From contig OZ296656.1 of NCBI GenBank assembly GCA_965655095.1, positions 71,238,001 through 71,302,000 on the forward strand: 64,000 nucleotides of DNA, in the 5' to 3' direction. Shown one piece after another: positions 23,168 to 35,020 of this stretch. Positions within the stretch are counted from its first letter, which is position 1. Each line of letters opens with the position of its first letter. The notes under the pieces were generated by a model. It searched no databases, was not told the origin of the DNA, and saw only the letters and a list, made by a program, of their open reading frames with translations. Both the position numbers and the translations under genes were made by a program. Source of the DNA: Haplodiscus bocki (Eukaryota).

Positions 23168-26100
23168 GCCTAATTGTTGTGATATTGCTAATCTCTTACT
23201 GAGTGTTACTTTTGTTTATCACATTTCTTTGCAAGACTTTGCATTTCTTGCAAAATTTTTAGCGAGTGTGAACTCATTTAATCTGTTACGAATTCTTTGA
23301 AATTCATTACGACTAACCAAAATTTTCTCAAAAATTCAAAAAAGCATTTTCAAAGTTACAACCAGCACCGAGCCTCAAACGTCATCAATAACGACAGAAG
23401 CGACGGAGATATTAACATGAACGAACAAAATTCAAACACCTGCCTCACAATTGTGGAAAGTTTGAATAGTCCACCTCAAACCGTTTCTAACAACAAAATG
23501 GATCAGCAAAACAACCCAGCTTCAAACAATCCAAATTCCAACGTGACCCGACAGCACCTTGGATCTGATTTGCTTCCTCGCAATGAACAAAGTTCAGCTC
23601 CCAGTGCAGGTTCCTCACGTGACGAACATGTTGAACATTTAGTACAAACTACAAACTCGAATGAGCAACAACCAATGAGCTTCAGTCAAACAGTACAGGC
23701 CAACACCCATAACCAAGTACGAACACAAAGAATTATAAGAATGAAAGTGGTCCCTCCATTCCGAAGAGAGCACTTTCAGAATGCCAATCTTCTTCAAACA
23801 GATATTGAGAATGCAATGCGGGAAATCCTGAACATCTTCCAACCAATTCACAGAAGAATGGTAACAATTGCGAGGACAAATATCCCCCAGCCAGGGCAAC
23901 GACATTTGCAAATTTTAATGGTGACAGCCCCAATAGACGCGGAGAACGAAGTTCAAGAGCAAAGCTAACAGGAATCAAAGTAATGGGAAAAACCGTCTTT
24001 CCAACGGGCGACGAATACTGGAGATTTACCAACAGCGAGTACCCCAAAAGAGCGATGATACGCATAACAAATTTACCGATTTTACTGGGAACAGATGAAC
24101 TGGAGGAGCTCCTTCAGCTACCAGAAGATACAGAATATAACGGCGTACCCGAAAGGGAAACAACGAGGACAGATCTGGGTCCGATATATACTGGTCGAGC
24201 TAGGATCCCAATAGAAATAAACTCAAAAGATCATGAGGATGCACTGTGCAAATGGTCAAAATGGAGAAACTCAGAAGACGGACTAATGTTATGGAACGAA
24301 GTTCCAATTTATATGTCAATCCCGAGACTTCACAGGTGTACATTGTGTGAAGCCGAAAACCGCCCCCAATTTATTGGTCATGATGCCCAATGGTGTCGGA
24401 TTATTCGACGAGTTCAAAATACAGAACGTGTTGATGAGACGGAACCCCAAACCTCGGAGACTCTAGCGGAAGAAGTTTCAAACGTGGTGGTGCCCCAGAA
24501 TCAGATATCAAACAAACCCTCAGCTGAAGAACCCGGAAAATCCTGTTCAAACTCGAGTGAACCCAATGAAGAAGATGATGAAATTTCTGATACTTCCTCC
24601 TCTGAATACGAAACGAATGACAACCGGAACGCCCAGAAAAATGACCAAGAACCGTGGCAACAAGCAGGTAACAACAAAAAGAGGAAAACGCACAAAAAGA
24701 CGACGTCCACACAGTCCTCAACATCCAACAATCTACCTACAAAAAGAAGTATGAACACGTAAACTAACTCAAACCCTAATGTTTAACTTTGCGTCTTCGA
24801 AGTCGGTAGACTTTTTTTCAATTAATGTGAGAGGGCTCAATAATGCTGAGCGTCTCACAGAGGTATGTAACATTACAAAAAACCAAAGTAAAAGTAACAA
24901 AATAATCATAGCACTACAAGAAACAAAACTAATGAAAATGAAGGAGGAACATAATAGGATGATCAAAAAATTTGGTTTTTCTCATGAAATGGTCCCTGCT
25001 AATGGTAATGCAGGAGGTCTCATGATTCTCTATCCCAAAAATTACAAAATGACCCCAATGATGAAAAACGAAAACTTGCTGGCTATTGTTTTAAATCTTA
25101 ATGGGTGTGAAAACTCAATAATAGCAAATGTATATATAAACCCAAAAGACCACAAAATCGATAAGTTTAAAAATTCTTTCGAAGAACTCGATCATGCAAA
25201 ACCTATCATTGCAACGGGGGATTTTAATGCAATTGATTACCAAAATATCTTCGACAGTCAAAAACTTCCAAAAACCAATGATATAAGAGTTTTACGGTAC
25301 AACAAACTCAATCAAATTTTTGGCGGAAGAAAAATGTATGACCTATGCAAAACCTTGAGCGAAAACCCAACCCACCCATTATGACCAAAAGGACAAGAGC
25401 CAGCAACCGAATTGACTATATTTTTGGTAATTTGCCCTCCGAAAACCTTGAGATGTTTCTCTATACAACTTCCTTCTCTGATCATAAATGTATACATCTA
25501 GCATATCATGTCAATTATAACTCCATAGGCAAAGGTTCCTGGCGTTTGAATGACGAAATCTTAGAAGACAAAACCATGATAACCCAAACATTACACCAAT
25601 CGTTTGAACCCAATCATTGTAATGCAAAAAACTATGATATTTTCAAATCAAGAATACGAGACTCCCTTAGACTAATCTGTATCAGAAACGTAAAGAAAAA
25701 GAAAATGCTAGAAAGACAGTTAAAGAAGGCAGTTAAAAACTCAGAGAAACATCTTCAGGCGAAAAAAGAAGTAAATCCGAATGACCTCAAGGATCATGAA
25801 AACAAAATTCTGGATCTCAAAACCTTTCAGCATAAAGAAGCTGCACTTATTGCAAAATCAATCAAAAATTTTTATCTTGATGTCAGTGAAGGCGATCCAA
25901 AAATAACAAAAAGTCTAGTGAGGTGTCTGCAAACCAAACAGGAGGTCAGAAAAATTATCACAAAGTCGGGTGAAGCCGTAACTGATCAAAATGAAATTGT
26001 CGACAAGTTTGAATTTTTTGAAGAATGTTATCAAAAAAACCAAACCTCTAATGAAAAAATGAGCCAAATATATCTAAATGACTTTTTCCAGAAGAATGAA

Positions 26101-28203
26101 AAAAAGCTCAGAAGGTTTGAACTCGGCGAAATATACAAAAACAATGATGATAACCCCATTACAGAAATCGAAGTTGAAAGAGCAATAATGAAACTCAACA
26201 GAAGTGCACCAGGCTCAGATGGCCTCACCTCTGACCTTTACAAAACCCAAAAAGAATTCTTTGTTCCGCTATTAACTAAGCCTTTCAACGACATATATGA
26301 AAAGTCATATGTTCCTCCTTCCTTTGAACAAGCCATCATAAAAGTAAAACCAAAAAAACCAAACGTATATGATATTGACAACTTCCGGCCAATCAGTCTT
26401 ATAAATACGGATCAAAAAATCTTATCACACATTATAGCCTTCAGATTAAAGAAAGTGCTTGATGTATTGATTGGGCCACATCAAACAGCCCACCTTACAA
26501 ACAGAAACATTAACATTTCATTATTGAAACTTCAAACTTTTGCCTCTGAACTGTCAAAGAGAGACGGTATTGTTGCCTTAGATTTCAATAAAGCATTTGA
26601 TAAAGTAGATCGAAAATATATGATGGAGCTCATACGTCGCCTCCCGATTGACTGTCAAACCAAAAACATAATACAAAAAATGTATGAAAACACGAGTGCA
26701 TTAGTAAATGTAGGTGTTTTTTCGGCACCCTTCAAAACTGAAACAGGAATCCGCCAAGGTTGTCCAATGTCAGCTCTGGTGTTTAACCTTGCCATTGAAC
26801 CATTGTTACAAAGACTTCAAAGATCAAAACTCATCAAATCATCACAAGAAACCAAATCTATTGCCTTTGCAGATGATATCTCCATTTGCATGAACTTGCA
26901 CTCCATTCGAAACCTCATGACTTCTCCGAATAATTTTGCAAAAATCTCCAGTTTGACAGTCAATATCAACGAAAGCAAGGTCCTAACACAAGGGAAAACC
27001 TATAAACAGGAAAAATGGAAACTTGAGAAAGTATCAAAAGCAAAAATCCTCGGGTTAAATAATAACATTGGTGGCAAAATCGATGCCGAGACCAAAAGCG
27101 ATCTAATCAACACAGCAAGAAAAGCATCTCTTTATGTAGGGCCTACTGTATCTCTTTATGCTCGTGCAAAAAACATAGACATTTATCCTTCCAAAACTTA
27201 TATACTTTCTCAGGCACTATACAGGGATAAAAACATTATTGAGGAAACTCAATTGTCAAATGATCAATCAACTATGGCTAGAGAAGAAACATAACGTGAA
27301 CCAAGAAATTGTTAATACTCCAATCGAAGATGGAGGGATAGGCTTGAAAAACATCGAGAAATGTGTATTAACAGCCAAAATAATGAACCTCAAATTATTA
27401 GCCTTTAATCCAATGGAAAAACACTTCCTTACAAATTTCAAACAAAGCAAAGCTTTCAGTCTCCTGGAGAAAGATCTAAAAGATTCCGGTATTGAAATTC
27501 TGGAACTCTCCGAACAAAAACTGAATATTCAATACTTCTTCCAAAACATTGAAATCACAACATTGACAACCTCAAGAGAACATTATGAGTTCCTTGTAAA
27601 ATCCCTTATCACGGTACCATGTTTTAAACACATCAACATGTCAGCAATGGAATTCCAAATATATCCCAACATAATTTTTGGCTTCATAACTCGAATATGG
27701 AAAAACAGGAGACTGAAATCGTTCGATAAAAACATTTTATATAACTTCCTAATGAACGACTACCTCGATAAACAAGAGAAATGGTTGAAAAACTTAGTGC
27801 CTCACCCTCTCTGTTTTGCATGTGAGGAGTCATTTGAAACTTGGCATCACCTAATGTTTGAATGCCCGAAACTAGCGCCAACCATAAAAGCTCTCAATAT
27901 CAAACACTGGAGTGACGTCTTCCAAGATAAAACATACGTAACACCAAAAGTACTAGTAGCAATAATACTATCCTCCTGGACTGAAAGCCCAGGAAACTAC
28001 CTAAACTTTTTTCTTAAAAAAACAACGCTATCATATGAGTTACATACCTCGTAGGTTTTTGAAGTCTATTTTCATATTCGTTTGATAAAATTGATTTATA
28101 TTTGATTTCTTTGTGTTTTGATTTGATTTGATTCATTGATTTGTTTGATTTTATTTTCCATGATACTTGTAAATATTTAGTTGTAATAATACATTCTTCA
28201 AAA
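23168..28203 (+). mobile_element. E6: family B (subfamily B2) full-length element
   Basis: Motif at 23168; ORF1 23417-24762 (one frameshift near 23955); ORF2 24779-28054 (frameshifts); ends AATACATTCTTCAAAA. Confidence 0.93.
24779..28054 (+). pseudogene. E6 ORF2 EN-RT, disrupted
   Basis: INVRGL, LQET, GDFN, RIDY, SDH, LDFNKAFD, GIRQGCPMS, FADD spread across three ORF fragments. Confidence 0.92.
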
Positions 28204-28482
28204 GCCTAATTGTTGTGATATCGCTAACGATAGAGATAGCTCTTTGTGCTTGAATCACTAGCTTATCGTGACCATATTGGACAGGCTTCGCTCTGTTGGT
28301 CACCATTTCATCACTTTTTTGTGGTGCAAATCATTACTTCGAAATCGAAATCTTCTTGGTTATTCATTCTTCATTGTATTATTTCGCTTTGATTTACTTC
28401 GCTGCTTGTTCTGCAAGGCCAACGCAGTGTTCTCACGCTGTGAAGACTGAACTTGCTTCAGTGTTCATCTTCAAACGTGACC

Positions 28483-29802
28483 ATGGAACGACCACAGGCC
28501 CTGACCGACAATTCTTCTACTTCGACGGCAACTGGCAATTTGACTTCGGCTCGACAATGTTATTTGACTCCTGAGCAACGCGTCCAATTCTACAACAACC
28601 AAGAACCATCAACAGCTAACCAAACCACAACAAATCAGCCTATCACTGACTACATTAACCAAGCACTTCAACCAATTTACTCTGGAATTGCATCTAACAA
28701 TACTCCTCAACCAAGAACCATGAACATCCTCAAACTCAAGATTATTCCACCATTCCACAAAGACCACTTCGCAACTAAGGAAACCTTCGAAACAGCCTCC
28801 AACCAATGTATTTCTGCTATTCTACGTCAATTCTCGCCGCAACTAAGAACCAAGCTAACACTATCCAAAACTTTCACTATGGTCGGAACCCGAAGGTTAC
28901 ATACCTTTCACCTCGTGGCTCCAAATGATGCTTCCGATGTTTTCACTCGACTCCAGTCTACTGGGATTGAAATGTTGGGAAGGACGGTTATCCCACAAAG
29001 TGACTCTTTCCAACGTTTCATCCCTGGCATCTACCCGAAGCATGTTCCTGTTCGGATCCTTCAACTACCATCACTATGTCAGGACCAGGAACTGCCAGAC
29101 ATTCTCGACTTACCAGACTCTACCCAAATTACTTCTATCCGACACGACACCGACGAGATTGATGGCATGCATTTCTACAATGGACGGGTCTCGGCCATGA
29201 TTCGTGTGGCCTCTCACGAATATGAAGAGATGCTGCGACTATGGTCTATTCGAAACCATGAGAACGGAACACTGACGTGGAACGATATTCCATTCTACGC
29301 CTTCATCCCTGCTCTGCACCAGTGTCACCATTGCAAAGAGCACAGACGGCCATTCCATGGGCACGATGTGACATGGTGTCGGTATGCACGAGCGGAAGAA
29401 CAACAAAGAACAATCACTCCTTCAACTAATTGTAACCAAGAAGTCTCCGTTCCACCAAGCAACCAAGCCACAACACTAGAAGACACTACTCCGACAACTG
29501 CTGAAGCCAATGCAACGAATGTGAACCAAGATGAGACTTCAGACAGCAACCAAGAGAATACTGACAACCAAGCAGACATTGACACAGACAACGAAGAGGA
29601 CGATGATGATGATTCCCAACGCCCATGGCAGACTGCTCCACCCCACCCAAGAAAAACCATACCCGCAACCACGTCTCAATCACAACCTACCACTTTCAAC
29701 ACAACCAAGAGAAAAGCTGACCACAACAAAGTAAGACTTTTTGCGACGAAGAATCTGGCGCTCCAGACGCCTGTCAAAAAGAAGAAGAAACCACCAAAAT
29801 GA
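28483..29802 (+). CDS. E7 ORF1 protein (open)
   Basis: ATG at 28483 (MERPQAL, aligned to E2/E5 MEQPTAL); CHHC-x9-H-x4-C knuckle; KKKKKPPK tail. Confidence 0.85.
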   Translation: MERPQALTDNSSTSTATGNLTSARQCYLTPEQRVQFYNNQEPSTANQTTTNQPITDYINQALQPIYSGIASNNTPQPRTMNILKLKIIPPFHKDHFATKETFETASNQCISAILRQFSPQLRTKLTLSKTFTMVGTRRLHTFHLVAPNDASDVFTRLQSTGIEMLGRTVIPQSDSFQRFIPGIYPKHVPVRILQLPSLCQDQELPDILDLPDSTQITSIRHDTDEIDGMHFYNGRVSAMIRVASHEYEEMLRLWSIRNHENGTLTWNDIPFYAFIPALHQCHHCKEHRRPFHGHDVTWCRYARAEEQQRTITPSTNCNQEVSVPPSNQATTLEDTTPTTAEANATNVNQDETSDSNQENTDNQADIDTDNEEDDDDDSQRPWQTAPPHPRKTIPATTSQSQPTTFNTTKRKADHNKVRLFATKNLALQTPVKKKKKPPK

Positions 29803-29832
29803 TCTTAGTTCTTATTTTTCTTTTATTTTGTA

Positions 29833-32800
29833 ATGAATGTCTTTTCATTGAATTGTCGAGGTCTGAAAGACCATAGACGTCTTCAAATAATTTTGAATCA
29901 ATGTATACGAAATCATTCAGACCTCGACAATCTTTGCATTTGCTTGCAAGAAACTCAGCTTTCTAACCTAACTAATAACCATCTAAAAATCCTGGCGCAC
30001 TATCATCCTTCATATGAGTTTTATCCTTCTGATGGTCAATCAGGAGGACTCATGACCATTTTTCCGGCTAATTACATACCGTTAAAAACGCATAAGTCAT
30101 CTAACACAATAAGTATCCATTTCTCTCAACATAATTTCACACTAACAAACACGTACATTAAACCAACTGACTACCACCTCCAACAATTTTTAACAGATAT
30201 CCTTGCTATTGAGCAATTTCACTGCGACACTCATATCATATGTGGTGACTTCAATGCGTTGCCATCATCTGACTGCACTAGCAACCGTCAAGTCGCAAAT
30301 AATGATTTCCGTCTTCTCAGATATCACCGTATTCTTGACATTTTACATATTCTTCATGTGGTACGTGTTGAACCTCAATCACCATCGACTAAATTTACAC
30401 ACTATGATAAAAGAACTAGCTCTGCTAGTCAAATTGACCATTTTTTCACTTCCCAACCTCACTATGTATATGGTACAACAAAAATTTTCTTTTCTGATCA
30501 TACTCTTCTCTCTCTAGAAATTTCTAAGGTAACTATGACAGGTACTAGCTACTGGAAACTTAATGACAATGCATCGCAACATGATGAATATATCACGAGC
30601 ATCATCTTTGATTCTCTACACACCTCTCACAATCAGAATAACTTCGACTTACATCATTATGATCTTGTTAAAAACAAAATGCGAGATGGTCTTCGTTCTC
30701 TATGCATTTTCTTACATAAACAAGCACTTTATGAGGAACGATACTTGCTTACCGAAATTTCAAAGATCGAAAATCACATCTCCAGTAATCGTGCTGACCC
30801 TGTACTAATTAAACATTTGTCAACTTTAAACTCGCAATTCTTGCACTATCAAAGGCCAAAAAAGACTATTAGCAGATCAAACAATATTTTACCGATTGTC
30901 ATCATGGAGACGCACAATCTGCTCACGTCGGCAAAAATCCAACATTGAATCACTTGACTTGCCAGATGGCTCTACCACATCCAACATTGACAAAATCTTC
31001 GAGGAATTCCATACCCATTTTTCTCAACGATTCACACAATCAACCCATACAACATCCGATCCCACTTCTCACTTTTCCAACATTCATAACATTTTACAAC
31101 CATTTCTAACAACACACAGGAATGCAATACAAAATAATATCGCTCAAAACTCAGATCATTTACAAGTGACAGAGCAAGAAGTGGAAGAGGCAATTAAAAA
31201 ACTTAACCCACATAGTGCTCCAGGATTAGATGGTTTAACATCTAACTTTTACAAAGCTCATGCAAATTTTTTTATTCCCTACCTAACTACCATTTTTAAC
31301 CTAATAATTTTACATAACTGGGTTCCTGAATCCTTCACACGAACAGTGATTAAGTTAATACCGAAAAAACCGGTTCCGCGTACGGTCGAAGATTACCGTC
31401 CGATTAGCCTTATCAATACGGATCAAAAAATTTTATCTCATCTTCTCTCTAGTCGCCTGAAAAACTCCTTAATCTCGCTCATCGGCTCTCACCAAACAGC
31501 GTACCTTCCTCAGCGAAATATTCACTCCTCTCTTACCCAAGTTAATCTTAACCTAGAACAGCTCGCTAATGATCATTGTCTGGTCGCCTGTGATTTTAGC
31601 AAAGCCTTCGATAAACTTGACCGCACCTATCTTTTTGCTCTCCTAGAGCAGATAGGCCTCCATCCGTCAACTCTTGGTCTAATCAGAGCAATGTATCAAC
31701 ATACTGATGCTTTTCTTGATATCAATGGTTCGCTCTCTCCCATTATCCATATGACAAGTGGTGTCCTTCGAGGTTGTCCACTTTCTGCTCTTCTGTTCAT
31801 CATGGGCATCGAGCCTTTTTTTCATCTTCAAAACAATTCCTCCATTCAACCAACTAGTCCTTTTAAAATCGTAGCATATGCAGACGATATTACGTGCTGT
31901 CTCAAAATCAACAGCCTTCAACTTCTTTTTCCTACTATGAATGAATTCTCGTTGGTTACAATACTGTATCTGAACCTTCAGAAAACAGATTCTATGTTCT
32001 GGATTACTTCCAACTGGGTTTCAGTCGGTCTCTAGTATCAAAATTTTAGGTGTCCATTTTTCTTTAAGCAATCTAGCAATTCAACTGAACTCCGCCATTC
32101 TGCTGGCACATAAATCACGATCTTTCTGTAATCCATATAACACCATTATTGCTCGTGCCAAAAATATTGAGACATTTGTAATGCAAAAACTCATTCATCA
32201 GGTTCGCCATAAATATGTGTTGAAATCTCAACTGGAACGAATTGATAATATCTTTGTTGATTCGATCTGGTTGGGACGTAAACATAATCTGAAGAAAACT
32301 ATCCTACAAAAGCCATGGGCCTCTATGGGAATTGATCATAAAAATTTCACCCAAGTTATTACGGCCGCCAAAACTATTGACTATAAGAATTTTCTTTACT
32401 CCAATCCTACAAACAATCAATACAGCCTCTTTCGTCGTTCCACACTGTACACCAATTTAAGACGCCTTCTGCGAACCTGCAATTGTACAAAAACTACTGA
32501 AGTTTTTTCTCAAATATCTCTCCGAAAATCATCTCAAATCTTGGTGCTCACTCCATTAACACGTATTCGTGAAGTATATCGTTTTCTTAGCTTCACTAAT
32601 ACTCATGATTCTTTCTTGCGTCTCACACAACTTGCGTCTCGCCTCAATTATCAGCCTGATTTGATCTTTTTATTCTTGCCGCGTCTATGGAAGCACAAAG
32701 CGTATGCGGCATTTGAGAAAAACTATCTCTATCAGTTTTTCATGAACTGTTACATGGATAAAACCACTAAATTCGAACATGGTTGGAGTGAAACTCCTTT

Positions 32801-33059
32801 TTGCTGTTTCTGCGGCTCTGCTGAAGAAACTTTCCACCATCTCTTATCAGAATGTCCGAACATTCCTTATCTGAACTTCTTTCCAGCCACAGGTCATCCG
32901 CAGCTCAACTTCCAGCTCCTTAATGATTTTTATCCCTTTAAACGGCTCATCGCTCTTCTTATTTGTTCGTGGAGCAGCGACTCGCACAAATTTCAAAAAT
33001 ATTTCATAAACTGTGTGAAACTCAGGAACCCAACTATTAGTCTAAATATTAACCTCTGA
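29833..33059 (+). pseudogene. E7 ORF2 EN-RT, disrupted
   Basis: EN and RT motifs (GDFN, SDH, CDFSKAFD, YADD) split by frameshifts near 30850 and 31990. Confidence 0.92.
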
Positions 33060-33750
33060 ACATGTTAAACTCAGCCTTCATTGTAACCAAGTTTCGACGT
33101 GTAAATGTACAATTTCTGATGTCTGATTTCCAATTCCTGATTTACATAAATTTGCATTTTGATAGCGATACTTTAAGGAATTAATTCTTTAAAAGCCTAA
33201 TTGTTGTGATATTGCGTTGTTGTGATATTAATTGTTGTGATAATACCAGTGAGGAAATTTCCGAGGTAGGTCATTTTCAAGCTGTGCTTAGTTAATCTCT
33301 TGGCTTTAAGAGTTGCTAGCAAGCTCACTTGGCTGAAACACAACGTTTCCCTTGAATTCCGTGTCGTGTGGACTCGCAAGCCTCGAGCTTGTGCTACGGC
33401 GCTCGCTGGCGTAAACCCTTGCAGGAGGGTGATAAGCAGGAGTGTTTCCACCCAATCGTGAGCTGTTCGGCAGGCCCTGAGACACCTGACCAAGAGAACA
33501 GCACGGTTGAGATAGAGTTGGCAGGTCCCAACCAGTAGTCATCCAAAAGCTGGTTGGAAGAACAACGATTTCTTGTTAATCGTGTCACCCTAAACTTTAC
33601 TTAGGGTCCCTTATCCCTTTCAGGAGTTTTCCCCTTTCTTCAAATTCTTCCCCATTAAAACTGTTGCGGAAACTCCAGCTAGCGAAAGTTACTGGTTTTT
33701 CTTTTTTTTACTTTCTTATCGACTTTGTTATCAATCAACTTAACTTTAAA

Positions 33751-35020
33751 ATGCTCTCCGAAGCAAGAAAAAAACAAATCGACTATATCAGCAAATTACC
33801 TGAATCAACTGAAGTGGTGGATGACAGTGATCCAATTACTGATGTGGTGGTTGACAGTGTGGTGGAGACAGTGCTGGAGGGGCAGGTTGACACACAGCAA
33901 AGAAAAAAATTTGTGAGTGTACAGAAAATCTTGAAACTTAAAGTTATCCCACCTCTACGAAAAGAACTGTTTACTGATGCAACGACTTTCGAAAATGCTA
34001 TGATGATGGCATGTAGCGATATTCTAAAAGTTTTCAGCCCACATGTTCGGCCTTTGATAACGATTTCACGCACAAACATGAAAATTGGGCCAAAAATGAT
34101 GAAGATTTTACTTGTCGTGGCGCCGGTAGAAGCGGAGGAAGACGTTGCGCGTGTAAAACTGCAGGGTCTAAAGATCCTAAAAAGAACGGTCTTCCCAACG
34201 TCAGAAGACTTTTGGGAGATTCGAAATTCTCAAAACCCAAAAACAACAGACATCCGTATCACAAACCTTCCTGCTTTGTGTGATGAACAACAATTGGATG
34301 AACTTTTACAAATCCCTGAAGACCTCGAAAGAGGACAATTACTTCGAGAAAAACTAGAAACTGAGCTTGGGAAAGTTTATACTGGCAAAGCAAAAATCTC
34401 CATAAAAATTGGAACAAAAGAACAGGAGGAAGATCTCCAAAAGTGGTCTTACTCAAAATCATTCAGTGATGTGGCCCACTGGTGCGAACTCCCAATCTAC
34501 GCCAACATTCCATCAATACACGAATGTGCTAAATGCAAAGAAGAAGGAAGGCCTAGGTGGAGAGGACACCATGAAAATTGGTGTAAAATCAACAGAGAAA
34601 AGAAGCTGCCTGTCAATGAACAAAAAATATTCCTACACCCCCAACTTTGGTAACAAAGCAAAGTGTTGTCCCAGAGAACAAACAACCAAACAAAGATTCT
34701 AATCATGAGACTGCTGAGACAGACTCTGGCGAAGAAACTGACTCCAGCATTGAAAAAAGTTCAGCAAAGGAACCAGAACAAAATACTCAATCACTGGATC
34801 AAGAAGAAGAAGAAGAAGAAGAAGAAGAAGAAGAAGAAGAAGAAGAAAAGAAGGTGAATGGAAAGAAGCCAAAACGAGCAAGCGGAAAAGAAGCGAAATA
34901 ACTGATGACTCAAGCTCTAAAGAATCGAAAAAACATGGAAGAAAAAAGAAAACTGCTAATGTGAAAAATATTATTACTAGCAATTTGAATAACTCTTCTC
35001 ATGGTGACAAAAATGGATGA
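33751..35020 (+). pseudogene. E8 ORF1, frameshifted
   Basis: LKLKVIPPLRKE, KRTVFPTSEDFW, RITNLP, YTGKA, CAKC-x10-H-x4-C, poly-E tract; terminal frame reads ..HGDKNG-stop at 35018-35020. Confidence 0.82.
34803..34847 (+). repeat. (GAA)15 microsatellite encoding poly-Glu in E8 ORF1
   Basis: Direct reading of the sequence. Confidence 0.9.

Larger units (their letters stand above)
28204..33194 (+). mobile_element. E7: family A full-length element
   Basis: Motif at 28204; ORF1 28483-29802; ORF2 29833-33059; ends AATTAATTCTTTAAAA. Confidence 0.93.

Noticed and set aside
33587-33607. CCCTAA/TTAGGG as telomeric repeat or telomerase template
   Set aside because: Single hexamers forming one hairpin stem; no tandem repeat
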